Assembly: GCF_009914755.1 (NCBI RefSeq)
Contig: NC_060926.1
Direction: 5' to 3' (one strand)
Length of the DNA stretch: 64,000 bases
From: the human T2T-CHM13v2.0 reference genome, Homo sapiens
The notes beneath the pieces were generated by a model. That model was not told the DNA's origin. It made no database searches and saw only the letters and a list, made by a program, of their open reading frames with translations. Made by a program: the position numbers and the translations under genes. How positions within the stretch are numbered: the first letter of the stretch is position 1; every line of letters starts with the position of its first letter. Below are positions 24,419 through 38,024 of the stretch, one piece after another.

Positions 24419-26016
24419 TAATAATATACCCTTTTTAATTTACCAGTGAATCGTCATTCTGTTTTCTTATACTATCTATCTAAACATTCTCAGTAATTGT
24501 TTTTATTGAAAAATAGGCAGCTTTTGCTATAATGAATCAATATTGTAAACTGTCATTCATCAATTATATATGTATATATATATAAATTTTTAAAAGACTT
24601 TAATATACAAAGCAAATGAGAAGATATATCAGTCCACGTGGCATCTTGATTGCCTAATAAAATTTTTGTGTGTCTATTTTTAAATTTATATATAATATAA
24701 ATATCAATAATACAAATATAAATACAAATATCACTTTTTTGGTTTTTTATTTCTGAGTTTTGACAAATGCATAGTCATATAATGACCAATATAATCAAGA
24801 TGCATAACTGTTCTATGACCCCCATAAATTATTTTGGTTCTGTCTCTTTGTAGTCAACCTCTCCCCTCACCCTCAAAAGCTGGCAACCACTGATGTTTTC
24901 CACCCATATAATTTTATTTTTTCATAATGTCATATAATGGAATCATACATTATACAATGTTGTAAGTTTGGCTTCTTTCACTTAACATAGTACACTTGAG
25001 AGCCACCCATGTTATTTCATGTATCAGTGGTTTGTTCATTTATATTGCTAAGCAGTAGTACATTGTATGAAGGTACTGCAATTTATTCATCTATTCATAG
25101 GTTAAAGTACAATCATGTTATATCTGGTTATTAGAGTTTAAGAATAACGCTGCTATAAATATTTACATGCACATGTTTGTGCAAATATTTTCCATTAGTC
25201 TTTGGTTAATCTTTTCTGCCTCTTAGTAGTATCTTTAATAGAACAATTTAAGAAGAAATACGAAGTCCAATTTATTATTTTTCTTCTATGAATTGTGCTT
25301 TTTGTGTTGTATCTAGGCACCCTTTGCTTAATCAAATGACGCAAAGGTATTTTTACATGTTTTCTTCTATAGTTTTATGTTTTATATGTTTCTATAAGTA
25401 TTGCATTTTACTTCTAAGTTTATGACATATTTTGAAGTTTTTGTATGTAGTATGAGTTATGGGTTCCAGTTCATTGTTTTGAACGTGAATAGACGTTTTA
25501 CCACCACTTCTTTAAAAATATTTATTCTTTCTCTTTTAAGTTGCCTCCACACCCTTGTTAAAAATAAACCAAACACAAGCATGGCTATTTCTGAATGTTC
25601 TATTCTGTTTCATTGACCTTTATAACTATTCTTCTGATGCTATTATAAATGAGACTTCTAAATTTGTTTTTCTGATTTTATTACTGTCATGTAGAAATAC
25701 AGTAGATTTCATTTTTAATTGACTTTGAATTCTATAATCTTGCTTAACTCAGTTATCAATTCTAGAAATTTGTATGGTTCCCTTGGAATTTTTAGCATAG
25801 ACAGCTATGATATTTAAAAAAACAGAAAGTGTTAAAATTATTGAATGGCTAGAATTTCTAATACAATGTTTAAAAATGAAAATGGGCACTCCTATTGGTT
25901 ACAATCTTAAGATAAATAATTGTCTTTCACATTAAGCATGATGTTAGCTATAAGTTTTTCTACGTACTTTTCATCATGTTAAGAAAGCTCTCCTCCAGTC
26001 CTAGTTTACTGATAAA

Positions 26017-26026
26017 TGTGTGTGCG

Positions 26027-26063
<37 letters not shown>

Positions 26064-26087
26064 ATGGTAATGTATGGTATGTGTGTT
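26017..26087 (+). repeat. (TG)n microsatellite
   Basis: tgtgtgtg run 26031-26058 with degenerate flanks. Confidence 0.95.
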
Positions 26088-26196
26088 TGTAGTTATACAT
26101 ATATAATTAGGAATGGATAGTGCATTTTTCAAAAGCTTTTTATTTACTAATTGGGATGACTGTGTGCTTTTTTCTTCTTTAGTTTGTCGATATGGT

Positions 26197-26723
26197 TGTG
26201 GAAGGCAGAATAGTGGTCCCTTAAAGATCCTCATGTTTCTATCTCTAGAACCTGTGAGAAAGTTAGGTTACACGGCAATGGAGCATTAAGGCTGCAGATG
26301 GAATTGAAATAGTTAATCAGGTAACCTTCAGGTAGGAAGACTATTCTGATATGTGGATGGGCCTGATGCAAAGGAGGGGCCGTAGAAGTGAAAAGGCAGG
26401 TAGCAGGACAGAGCTAGAGGGAGATGTGACCACAGAGGGAAAGTCAGTGATGTGAGGAGAGGCTCAACCTGCCATTACCTGCTTTGAAGATGTAGGAAGT
26501 GGCCAGGAGCAAAGGATTATGTGACCTCTAGAAGCAGAAAAAGAAAAGAAAATGGCTTTTCCTCTAGACCCTCCAGAAAGAAATGCAGCCTTTCTGACAT
26601 CTTGATTTTAACCCAGTAAGACCCATGCCAGAATTCTAACCTAAAGACCTGCAAGATCGCAAATTTGTTTTGTTGTAAGCCACTGTGTTTGTGGGATTTT
26701 GCTATAATAGTAATTTAAATACA
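26197..26723 (+). mobile_element. MLT1D solo LTR
   Basis: TG...CA ends (tgtggaaggcagaatagtgg..aataca); ctgcagatggaattga, gctttgaagatg; 5-bp TSD atggt/atgat. Confidence 0.85.
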
Positions 26724-28274
26724 ATGATTAATTACAGAGTTTGATTTTCAATGGTTTAACTATATTTGCATTCCAACCATGGTGTATTTTGTTATTTTTA
26801 TATATGGAGAGGGATTCAATTCACTAAGTTTCTGCTTATGTTCATAAGTTTCTGCCTATGTTCATAATGGATATTAGTTCATAATTTTGTTTTCTTGTAA
26901 AATCTTCATCTAGTTTCCTTATCTGAATAATTCTTGCCTTATAAAAATATAGCAAATTATTCTCTCCTCTTTAATTTTCAAGAAGAGATTGTGTGGAATT
27001 CATATTATTTTTTAATTAAATGTTTGGTGGAAGCCATATAGGCCTGGAGTTTTAATTGAACATTTATTTTCTTTAGGAGATATAGGACTTTTTAGGTTAT
27101 TTATTTCTTTTGGGGGGAATTTTGGTAGTTTATGTCTTTCAAAGAGTTGTTCCACTTTACCTAAATTGATTTACAAAGTATAATTACTTGTAGCTTATGT
27201 AATTATTCTAACATCTGTGGTATCTGTAGTCATATCACCTATTTCATTCCTGATGTTGGTAATTTGTGTCTTCTCTCTTTTTTTACTGGTGAGTCTTGCT
27301 TGAAGTGTACAAGTTTTTCCTCTTTGTAAAGAGCTAGCTTTTGATATTAATTATTTTTCTATTTATTGCTTTCAATTTCACTGGTTTTTAATCTTTTTTT
27401 ACTTTCTTCTGTTTTCTTTGAATTCAATTTACTATATTTTCTGGCTTATTAAAGAAGAAGCATCTATTTTTATTTTGAGGACTTTTTTGTATGAATATAA
27501 ACCTTTTAATGATATAAGTCTTCCTTTAAGCACTTCTTTAGATGAATCCCACAAATTTAATATGGTATGTTTTTATTTTCAATCAGTTTAAATATTTCCT
27601 AATTTACCTTCATGCTTTTTCTTTTTCTCTAGTTTTATGTTGAAGTATATTGTTTATTTTCCAGAAATTTGAGGATCTTCTAAATGTCTCTCTGTTATTA
27701 ATATCAAGTTTAATTCCCTTATGTCAGATAACATATTTGTATTACTTCAATACTTATAAATGTATTATGGTTTGTTTTATACCTGAAACATAGTATAACT
27801 CGGCAAATGTTTCACGTGCACTTGAAAAAAAATGTACATTCTACTGTTGCTTGGTGGACAGTGAATAAAATCCAATTATTTTAATTTGGTTGAAACTTGA
27901 CCAAGTCTTCTACATCCCTGTTAATTTTATGTGTGCCTTAAGGAAAACATAAGTAATCTTAGAAACTTGAAGGATCAGTACTTAATAATAATAGACTCAA
28001 CTAGCTATTTTCTTTTTATTTGCAGACAGTCCTATATATCAGAAATTTGGGTATAGTGTGCCTGGGTTGTTATAGTATCCAAAAGGTTTGTGCATGTAAA
28101 ACTAGTCACAAAGTAAATAAACAAAAAATAGACAGAATTAATGGAGGAAAGTATGACAAATCCTCAATAGAATAACATATGAAATATACTTTTCATTATT
28201 ATGTTGTCAGGTGGACAAAATATTTATATAGCTATAGAAGATTTGGGTAGCATAATTAATAATTCTTAATCAGG

Positions 28275-29153
28275 TCGATAGTTAGAATTATAATGTCCCC
28301 CAAGATTCCTGCACACCAATGTACATACACCGTACAAACCCTTGGGCTTTAGATACGAAGGGATTCTGTTCATCAGATTAGGTTATGTTATGTAGGGTAC
28401 AACTGTTTTTAAGAAAGGGAAGTGAGCCTGAAATAACTATGTGATTCTTTAAGTCAAGGTATATGGTCAGAAACAGAAGTCAGAAATTCAAAGTGAGGGG
28501 AATTCAACACAATAGTAGCCAAGCACAGTGGCTCACACCTGTTATCCCAGCATTTTAGGTAGCAGAGGCAGAAAGATCCCTTGAGCCAGGAGCTCAAGAC
28601 CAACCTAGGCAACTAGGAAGACTCCGTTTCTACAAACAAACAAAAAATAGCCAGATGTAGTAGTCTGTGCCTATAATCCCAGCTACTCAGGAGGTTGGGG
28701 CAGGAGGATCACTTGAGTCTGGAAGTTTGAGGCTGCAGTGAGCCATGATCTGATCACGCCACTTCATTCTAGCCTGGGTGACAGAGTGAGATCCTGTCTG
28801 AAAAATAATAATTTTTAAAAAGCGATAGAAATTATTTGTTTCTATCTTTAAATATGAAGTGAGACACATGTTAAGAAATGTGTGTTGCCTCTAGAGACAG
28901 AAAGTGGCCTTTGGCCGACAGCCAGCAACAGGGACCTCAGTCCTAAAATTATAAGAAGTTACATTTGGCCAATAACCTGAGAGGGTTTGGAAGTGCTCTG
29001 TTCCTCAGAAGCAATCACAGCCCAGTGGGAATCATCATTTCAGCCTTGTGAAACCTTGAGCACAGAAGCCAGTCACACCATGCTCAGACTTCGGAGCCAC
29101 TGTAAGTCACTATGTTTGTGGCCATGTGTCATGTAGCAATTAAAAACCAATAA
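28275..29153 (+). mobile_element. MLT1E-type LTR interrupted by AluJ
   Basis: cccccaagattcctgc, gacagccagcaacagggacctcagtcct, cagccttgtgaaaccttgagc, gtagcaattaaaaaccaata. Confidence 0.75.
28517..28810 (+). mobile_element. AluJ
   Basis: gatcccttgagccaggag, ggatcacttgagtc..gaggctgcagtgagccatgat (J diagnostics). Confidence 0.9.
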
Positions 29154-29159
29154 AAATGG

Positions 29160-29690
29160 ATAGGAATATATTTACCAAAAGTCATACAAGGCCCTTATAG
29201 GAAAAATTAATAAAACTCAATGTTATGAAGATAAGAATTTTCACCAAAACTATAGGTAGGTTCAATGATATTCACATCAAAATATGAACACACATTTTGG
29301 ACTTGAAAACACTATTTTCACATTTATATGGAAAGTCAAGATATGAAGACTAGCCAAATCAATTTCAGAGTACAAAGAGACAGCTTGTTTTCATTCTGTT
29401 GGTAAGAGCATAAATTGGTAAAGCATTTCTAGCAACTCTAAATCTAGGAATTTAACATAACAAAAAATCTAAATGTGCAAATCTTCTCCCCATCACACAT
29501 ACCAATTCATAAGAAGTATTTCTTAAAGATTTTAAGACAATTACATACATTCATACACGTATACATAAAATGCCCTTTCCAAGTAGACTTATTAAGGACA
29601 TTACATAGTGTTCTCATAAAAAGAAATGTCACCAGTCACCAGCCATTATTTCCCTGGAATAATACCCACTGTATATTTTAAGTGAAATAA
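29160..29690 (+). mobile_element. L1ME-type ORF2 fragments
   Basis: ggttcaatgatattcacatcaaaat, catttatatggaaag, taaattggtaaagcatttct. Confidence 0.45.
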
Positions 29691-31469
29691 TGGAGTAAAA
29701 ATGTTAGGTACACTAGAATACAAAAGTTGATCTTTTTTCTTTTTTTTTTTTCTAATGAGATAAGAAAAAATTATCTACTGATATCAGTCTTGGACAAAAG
29801 CTTCATGTATGCTTCAGAGAAAATGATTTAGTGGCATCAAAGCATACTCATGTATTGCATGTTTGTCTTCTACAGAAAACAGATATTATTAAATCATAGG
29901 CACTTAGTTCATCAAGATGGGTTTAGGCATGTAAATTACAGAGTATCAGCTAAGGAAGAACCAAATTGTTTTGCGTAATAAAATGGCAAGTTACTGAGAA
30001 ATATGTCAGAAGAAGCTGGATGTTGATGAAGAAAGGGCATAGAAAAAATGTAGGGAGCTATATGATTGATGCTATATTGTACTTGAGGGAGAAAATAAAT
30101 TTTAATGGAGATTTTTATTTTTTTTTTTACTGTGGGATGTGCAATATAAACAATCTCATTCATATCCCTTGTGAAGTCTGCAATAATTTCTGTGTAGCTC
30201 ACCCCTAATACTTTTGTTGTGAAGAGTTTATGTTGCAAGAGCATGAAATGAAAGAATATGCTGAATTATGTATGTATCCAGGACAGACAGAGGCTGCCTA
30301 CAGGGAATCTAAAGCTAGAGGAAAACGAGACAACTGATGTGTTGATTACCTGTGTGAAGTAATAAAGAGAAGCATGCAGCACAACTGTCCATGAAACACA
30401 CAAAAATGTTAAGGGTGGTTGGGCTTGCAAATAATTTTGTCTTCTTCTTTTTATCTGTTTTTTTTTTTAACAAACATGCATTTATGGCTAGAAAATATGT
30501 TATTTTCATTTAAAAATCCTGTGCTAATTTGGGGGACTATTTTCTACTAACTGAGACTTTAATCTGTGCCAATTGAGCATGGATAACATGCCATGCCTTA
30601 CGTGTTTCTTGACTTAACATTTTATTTTACTCGATGACTCCCATCAGCCTGGCCAAGGGTGATGGGGAGTAATTTCCTCCCAACCGTGCTGGAGCAAAGC
30701 CTCCTCTCCCCAGTACTCTGTCTTTCCTTTACCTTTCACAGGTGCAAGCCTACCTCGCAATGTGAGACTTGCCACCTTCCCCTGCTTTCTCCCGTTTATC
30801 CTTCAGAGAGCTGCACCCGAGAAATCCCTGGCCTATCTACCCCCACCATGGCATCTCCATCTTTGCAGTCCCAAATGACCCCTGGGTGACATGAGACATC
30901 TTCTGTAAGCCTGACCCTTCCACACACACTTTGATGTGTCACCTGCAGTGCCTTTAAGTAATAACACATCATTCAGTAATTCAATCCCAGCTGACACTCA
31001 AGCCAGAAAACACTGTGCCAAGCACTCAAGTGAGGTGCAGCTTGTACACAACTGCATAAAGCCAAGAATTCAGAGGATTTGCCTCTCGGCTTTTGATTGT
31101 GGCTCTGTTTGTTTCTCTGTCCACGCATGATGGTCCTCATCAGCAGCCTCCTGCTCTCCTGTACCCACTATCACTTCCCCTGGGATGAGCGTGCCTATAA
31201 ATTTGAGATGCCTTATAGAGTTTCCCATTAAAATTTTAAGAGAGCATGTGACATATATGACAATCTTTAATTTGTTGACTACCTGTCCAATATTTTCTTA
31301 AAATGGAAAAGCAAAATTGGTTTTATTTACATAATCCCAGCAATGAATGTCAAACCTAGGAAATGCTGGGAGAAATAGGAAAAATATTAATACTAGTCAT
31401 TGTTGGGTGGTAAGTTTATTTATACTTAAAAAAATTATTGCATACAATTGTATGTATTTTGTAATTGGC

Positions 31470-31990
31470 ATATATATCAATCAGAGACAAGTCAGGACAC
31501 AGAGAACACACATGTATACAGAACAATTATAAGGAATTGTTAATCTGATATTCCGAAATGGAATGGCACAAGAAAACACTGAAGTATTATGCAATAACAA
31601 TTGTATGAAGCAACTACCACCCCTAGGGCTTAAGGGACCATAGGAAAGAGACTGTAATGATTAATACATAGATGCTTGGGGAGGGGCCCTGTGGAGTGGA
31701 GAGCAGAGCTAGGAGGTGGACTTGCTGCACACGTAGTGTAAGTACTTCTGGAGCTCAGAAGGACCCACAGAACTGCCACTGGAATCCCGGGCATAGTCAT
31801 TGCTGATGTATCTCAGGTGTGCAGAAATGGGAAGGAACACTCCCATGCCACTCCCCCTCCATCCAGTCTCCCTATGGAGCTCCCTATTAGCAGAACCAAG
31901 GATGGAGCTAGATGCCCAAAGGGTAGAGAAGCACGGGTGGGAAGCCTAGGACCACAGCAGAATACTCAGCAAAGCATGTATAACTTCAAC
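31470..31990 (-). mobile_element. ERVL-class LTR (LTR33/41-like)
   Basis: gaagcaactaccacccctagggcttaagggac; ctccctattagcagaaccaa resemble LTR33-family reverse strand. Confidence 0.5.
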
Positions 31991-32157
31991 TGGAAAACAC
32001 CATACACACTTGCTTAAAGGCAACAGACCATCTCATTATTGGATGGGAGCCTGATCACAGTAAGAGATCTTTGGCAGATGTTCCAAGGTTGACTGGCCAC
32101 TAACTAGCTAATTGGAATAAGCAAAATGTGATATATCTTCACACAATGCCTGCTTCA

Positions 32158-32187
32158 TAAAACAAACAAACAAACAAACAAACAAAC
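32158..32187 (+). repeat. (AAAC)n microsatellite
   Basis: Seen directly. Confidence 0.95.
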
Positions 32188-32409
32188 TTGGTAAATCTTT
32201 GAAGCATAGGAAATCCTAGGAAGTAACCATGAAATATAAATGTTGAGGACTTGGCTTCTAGAAGTTGAAAAAGAGAGAGCAGAATTTGGTAATGGCTTTT
32301 CACATGTTTAGGGCTTGGTGGTTTTCTATTTAAAACAGTGAGTGAATGATTTAACCCATGTACAAATGAGTGAATATGCAAGTGCACTTTGTCACTGGAT
32401 TTGGGCAGT

Positions 32410-32869
32410 TGTGTCTGTCAGAATCAATGCAGAAAATAGAATCACCTCACATTATTCAAATAAACAGACTTTAATGAAGAGGCCATGCAGGGCTATGGGC
32501 ACAAATACGGGAGCAATCATGGGCTTCTGAGCACCTAGACACTAGCTCCGGCAGGAAGCCACTGCCATCTCTAGGGATCAGGATCAAAGGCAGGACATCA
32601 CATTACCTGGAGCCAAAGAAGAGGTGCTTGCTGGTGAGCACTATCATTGTGTAAGAACACCGATGTTGCCAGAGATGCAGGGCTAAGCCGAGAAGGAGAA
32701 GAAAAAACATACCAAACTCTCCTCCAACCCTGCAGCTTCTCTCATTGGCTGAACCTGTCAGTGCTCATTAAAGAAGCCTGGATAATGCAGTTCAATGTAG
32801 CAGCCTTTTTGCGTAGAGATCAAGGGAAGCAGGAATGGGAAATTAACTTAGGACGAGAATAATCAGCAC
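32410..32869 (-). mobile_element. ERVL-class LTR (LTR33-like)
   Basis: tgtgtctgtcag start, ggaagccactgccatctctaggg, ctcattggctgaacc, ends aatcagcaca. Confidence 0.6.
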
Positions 32870-34189
32870 AACAGCCCTAATAAGCTTTCCAGCAAGTCAA
32901 TGTTGTAGGAGAACTTGTAATAAATAGATTTATTTACACAGGTTGTAACTAGCATATGGGATAGGAACAGGTTTGGACAACTGAGAGTTTTTACGCTCTC
33001 CTGACAATAGCTGGCATCTGTCAGGATTTCTAAAAGGTGTATTTTTTTTGAAAAAGAAGAATATCTTATTATATTATCCATTATAAAACTATTTATTCAT
33101 TTTTGTTCAGTTGCAAAGTGCCTATCATGAATTCTACACACTGCCTGTGAAAACAAACGTCTACTTCCCACATTGGAGGAGGGTGGGGGGGGTCCCTAAA
33201 ATAGAATATTTGTTGAAGCTGCTGAAAGTAAGGTGTTTACTTGCAAACAACAATCAGGATGAATTGTGTCAAACACAAGCAAAGAAATAGAAACAAAAGG
33301 CTAATACAAATATTTTCCTTGAAACTTGTACAGAATATTATTTCTAAAATACTGTCTGGGAGCCACATTATTGTTAGATTGCCTCAGATTGAGAAGGTCT
33401 TTTTAAGATAAATACCTTAAATACATTTTTTAAAATATAAAGATATAATTTTAAAAATTTCATTTAGCAGTTGCAATTATGATAGTCATTACCATTTATC
33501 AAATATTTCCAAATCTTTGCCTTCCGGACACAGGTCAGAACAACAATTTCCTTGTGCTGTACTTCAGTCGTGAGATGTCAATAGAAGAAACAGGTGTATT
33601 ATTCAGTTTGGCCCCTTCTCTCTTTCCCTCTTTCCCTATGCCACAGCTAGGAACAATTCTCCGAAGACTTGCTACTCTGTTGGCTTAGGACCTTATTAGA
33701 CAATGCAGAACAGAGCGCCCCGTGAATCAAAGTAGACATGTTGTTTTAAGCCGCTACGATTTAAATTTGCTTTAAGGCAGTATAACTCACCCTGTGCTGT
33801 CTGATACAGCAAGTGTTCAAAACAAAAACAATCTATACTTGGAAATCCTGAAATCACTTAAGGATGTAGCTGGCAACAATAATATACCTGAGGCCAAACT
33901 CTTCAAGATAATGGCTTCATGATTTGAGAAAACTGCGTCTACCTCCAACGCCTCCCTTTGCTATACAACGTTTTACAGAACAAAAGCAGAGGCATGAAAG
34001 AGTGTTGGTCAGTAATGGAAGTTATTTGTGTCTGCTGTGCTCTGTTGGTCCATAGAGTGCCAGGAGCATACTACATCCTGTACTGAACGGAAGATGCAGC
34101 TTGGTGTGTGAACAGGCAAGGAACAAGCTCCACTTTTTAGGCTGGGTCCGATGTTAGATATGGCAAATGTTAAAAGTGAGGGGGCAAAG

Positions 34190-34554
<365 letters not shown>

Positions 34555-34689
34555 TTAATGTTAGCTCGAAGACATCCAACTTTCCCTAAACTAGTTAAGC
34601 AATCTAAAGTTCTTTGATAAGAAAGTGGAAGACAAAAATAATAAGTGACACTTTCCTCTGAATTAGGAAAAGTAATAGATAAAAATTAT

Positions 34690-34920
34690 TTTCATTCTAT
34701 TTCTCCCCTGCTTTGTGAATAGGACTCCCCAGTTCTACCTGGATACATAGCTACCTAGTGAGAGACTAGCATCTAATCTGAGAGTAGGTCTGGCCATTCG
34801 ATGAAGTACCGGTCTGTGGGCTACAAATGGAACAATATATGCAATATTGAAGTTATGACCTAAAGGAAATGGATATGGCCTTCCGTGGTCTTTTTGCATT
34901 CCTGCCAGTTTAGATGAAAA
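34690..34920 (+). mobile_element. Old MLT1 LTR fragment
   Basis: aataggactccccagttctacctggatacatagctacc. Confidence 0.4.
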
Positions 34921-35239
34921 ATGAAAAAAAAAAAAAAAAAAGCAAAACAAAAGATTATGGCAGTTGAGTTGGAAGATCCAGTTAGGATCCCGAAGTGAAG
35001 CAAAATAAGATTCTGTGTTGTTTGTGTTAAGATAATTTGGCGTCTCATTTATTAAAAATAGCAGCTTAGATTATGCATTTATTAGACCAATTACTATGAA
35101 TTCTGTAAGAAAACCAGTTCACACGTATTTTTTGTTGTGGCCACTACTGTGTGTTTTTTAAAATCTTTATTTCTTATTAAACTTCAGGTCCAGTGTGTTG
35201 AGTTAATCATTCACCTCAGTGAATGGTCTTTGTCGCTGA

Positions 35240-35445
35240 TCTACCTGTTTTATTTAATAGCCTGCTCCTGCTGTCCACGTTATCTGGGGCTGTTGATTTA
35301 ACTTCTCTCTGCCTCAATTTTTTCATTTGTAAAATGAAAGTAATAATAGTTTCTATCTCTTAGGGTTGTTCTGAGGATTAAAAAAGTCAATTTGTGCAAA
35401 ACCCTATATTCAGCAAGTTTCTATCATTTTTATTAGTTATTATTA
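35240..35445 (+). mobile_element. MIR
   Basis: atttaacttctctctgcctcaatttt..catttgtaaaatgaaagtaataatag..tagggttgttctgaggattaaa. Confidence 0.8.
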
Positions 35446-35459
35446 TTTATTTCTTTGCA

Positions 35460-36040
35460 TTCTCCTTCCCCAATCTTATTTTCTCTGTTCCCATAAGCAA
35501 TCTTTTGAATATGTTCATGTGTATCCTTTTGCTTATGTCTGTTCTTACCAAGTGTGCATTAAGTATTTATGTGCATTAGTTTAAATGTATGTGAAATGGT
35601 ATTATGCTACATACATAAGTAGTAAAGTTCTAAGATCCACTGAGGTTACTATGAATACTTCTGACCTATTTCTCTGAGCTGCCACATGAGATGCCCTGGT
35701 GTACACCTACCATATTTCAGGTACCTACTCTCCCAGTGACAGCTGCCAAGGCTGCCCATGGTTCTCCACCATCGCAAACAATAGTGTGATGAACAACCTT
35801 GAAAAAGTCCACTCTAAACCCATTTGAGAATTTAGTTTAATATATAATCATGAGTAGCACTGCATAAGAACAGGCTATGCTTATTTATAATTCGACCAAG
35901 TTTTCCAAGAATGTTCTTCAAAATGGATTGACTAATTTGTACTCCTCAGCAAATGATTATTCTTATTTCCCCTTACATGCTAAACACTTGGCATTATCCA
36001 GCTCTTAAATTGTTGCCGGTCCAATTTTGTTTTCACTTAA
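35460..36040 (-). mobile_element. L1ME-type 3' end
   Basis: aaatggtattatgctaca, ctaagatccac, aacaatagtgtgatgaaca, aacacttggcattatc. Confidence 0.55.
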
Positions 36041-36044
36041 GAAG

Positions 36045-36981
36045 GAGAAAGCCACAAAACATCACTACCATGAAATCAATGAAAAAAAAAAAAGCCAGAT
36101 TATCTGCAAAATCCTAGCATTTTAAAAATCTTTCAAAGAACTCTGGTTGCAAGACAATCGAAGGCATTGAATTCCAAATGTCAAGGCCTTCTCAGGAGAA
36201 ACTGGAGACATCTCTTCCTCTTGCAAGAGCAAGGGAGAAATGAAGTATGACACTGTAGAAATACATAAGAAGAAATTAGCTACAGATTTAAGCCATGCCT
36301 AAAGGTCTAATATAAGCTAGCATACTAATTTAGAATAATTAGGAGCCCGATAAACAGAGTGAGGATGAGTTCTCACTCATGTTTAAGCTCTTCTCCACAG
36401 GTCTCTACTAGATGGTCACAAAGAAACTCAGGAACAGGACAAGAGAGAGCTTCCGTCAGCTATCTAGGAAGTAATCAGGCCTCCATCAGTCGGCTAGCTG
36501 TGATGGTTAATATTGAATGTCAACTTGATTGGATTGAAGGATGCAAGTATTGTTCCTGGATGTGTCTGTGAGGGTGTTGCCAAAGAAGATTAATATTTGA
36601 GTCAGTGAACTGGGAGACACTGACCCACCCAAAATCTGGGTGGGCCCATCTAATCGGCTGCCAGCATGGCTAGGATAAAGCAAGAGAAGTTGGAAGGATT
36701 TTACTTGCTGAGTCTTCCAGCCTTCATCTTTCTCCCATGCTGGATGCTTCCTGCCCTTGAACATCCGACTCTGAGTTCTTCAGCTTTTGGACTCTTGGAC
36801 TTACACCAGTCATTTGTCCAGGGGCTTTCATGCCTTTGGCCACAGGCTGAAGGCTGCACTGTCAGCCTCCCTACTTTTGAGGTTTTAGGTCTCAGACTGG
36901 CTTCCTTGCTCCTCAGCTTGAAGATGGCCTATTGAGGGACTTCATCTTGTGATCATGAGTCAATTCTCCTAATAAACTCCC

Positions 36982-37017
<36 letters not shown>

Positions 37018-38022
37018 ATCTCCTCTGAGTTCTGTCCCTTTAGAGAACTTGTCTAATACACTAGCTACACAGGAAGTGATTAATCACAACTGGGGTAGAG
37101 GCACAAAACACACTGTACTTTTGAAATTTTTGCCCAAACAAATAAACAAAAATATCCTTGAGCTCCCAAGGAAGGAACTGCAAATCTTCTGACCCCAAGG
37201 ACCAGGGATCAGTGGAAGTTAAACTCATTTATCTCTGGGTGATGAGCAGGAAACTCTCCTCCGGTCCTCCGCATCCCGCATAGGACTAGCACCAAGACTC
37301 ACACAACAGAAATCTGCGAGGGGAAGAACAAAAAAACAGAAAGAAACTTCTCCAGGAAGCAGGGCTATAGGAATACTGAAATCTGTGTAGGAACAGAAAC
37401 AGAAAAACTCTCCAACACCCTAGCACTGCTAAAGAAATATAAAGTCTGTGGAAAACTGAAAATAACATTAGCAGTAACAAAACCCAAACCTAGTGAGATT
37501 GATCCAATGTCACATAACAGCTCACAGAAGAGTGTCTATATCTACGTCTAAAACTGCTTATTTAAGTTTTTACTGTTCTATATATGGTGTTAGACACTCA
37601 ATAAAATACTGCAAGACACACAAGGTAAATGAATTAAAAATGGCTCCTTGTTAAGAGATAAAGCTATCAATAGACTCAGACTCAGGGATGACTCAGATGT
37701 TCAAACTATGAGGCAGGGACTATAAACTAACAATGATTAATGTAATAAATGATCCCATGGAGGAAATATCACAAGCATAAACAGCTGGGGAATTTTAATA
37801 GAGATGGAAACTATAGAAAAATTAAATGAAAATGCTTAAAAAAACAAGTAATTTGAACAAGATACATATTTAAAAATTCCACAGTGGGCTTATCAGCAGA
37901 TTGGAAACAGCTGAAGAAAGAGAATATGAATCTAGCACTTTATGATTATCCAAAATGAAACACACACACAAAAAAAATAACATAAAATGAAACATTGAAG
38001 CCAAGAGCTGTGGGAAACTATC
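36045..38022 (+). mobile_element. Old L1M 5' region and ORF1 remnant, interrupted by MLT2A
   Basis: gactcagggatgactcagatgtt, agagatggaaactat, gggcttatcagcagattggaaacagctgaagaaag, aagagctgtgggaaactatc (ORF1 coiled-coil region); 5' boundary uncertain. Confidence 0.6.
36499..37060 (+). mobile_element. MLT2A (HERV-L) solo LTR
   Basis: tgtgatggttaatattgaatgtcaacttgattggattgaagg...ctaataca; perfect 5-bp TSD ctagc (36494-36498, 37061-37065); internal (TA)n after aataaa. Confidence 0.95.
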
Positions 38023-38024
38023 CA

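Larger units (their letters stand above)
24680..27935 (-). mobile_element. L1MB/MC/MD-type element, 3' UTR and ORF2, interrupted by MLT1D
   Basis: ttctgagttttgacaaatgcatagtcat, ggcaaccactgat, gtttggcttctttcacttaaca, then antisense ORF2 phrases to about 27.9 kb. Confidence 0.8.
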
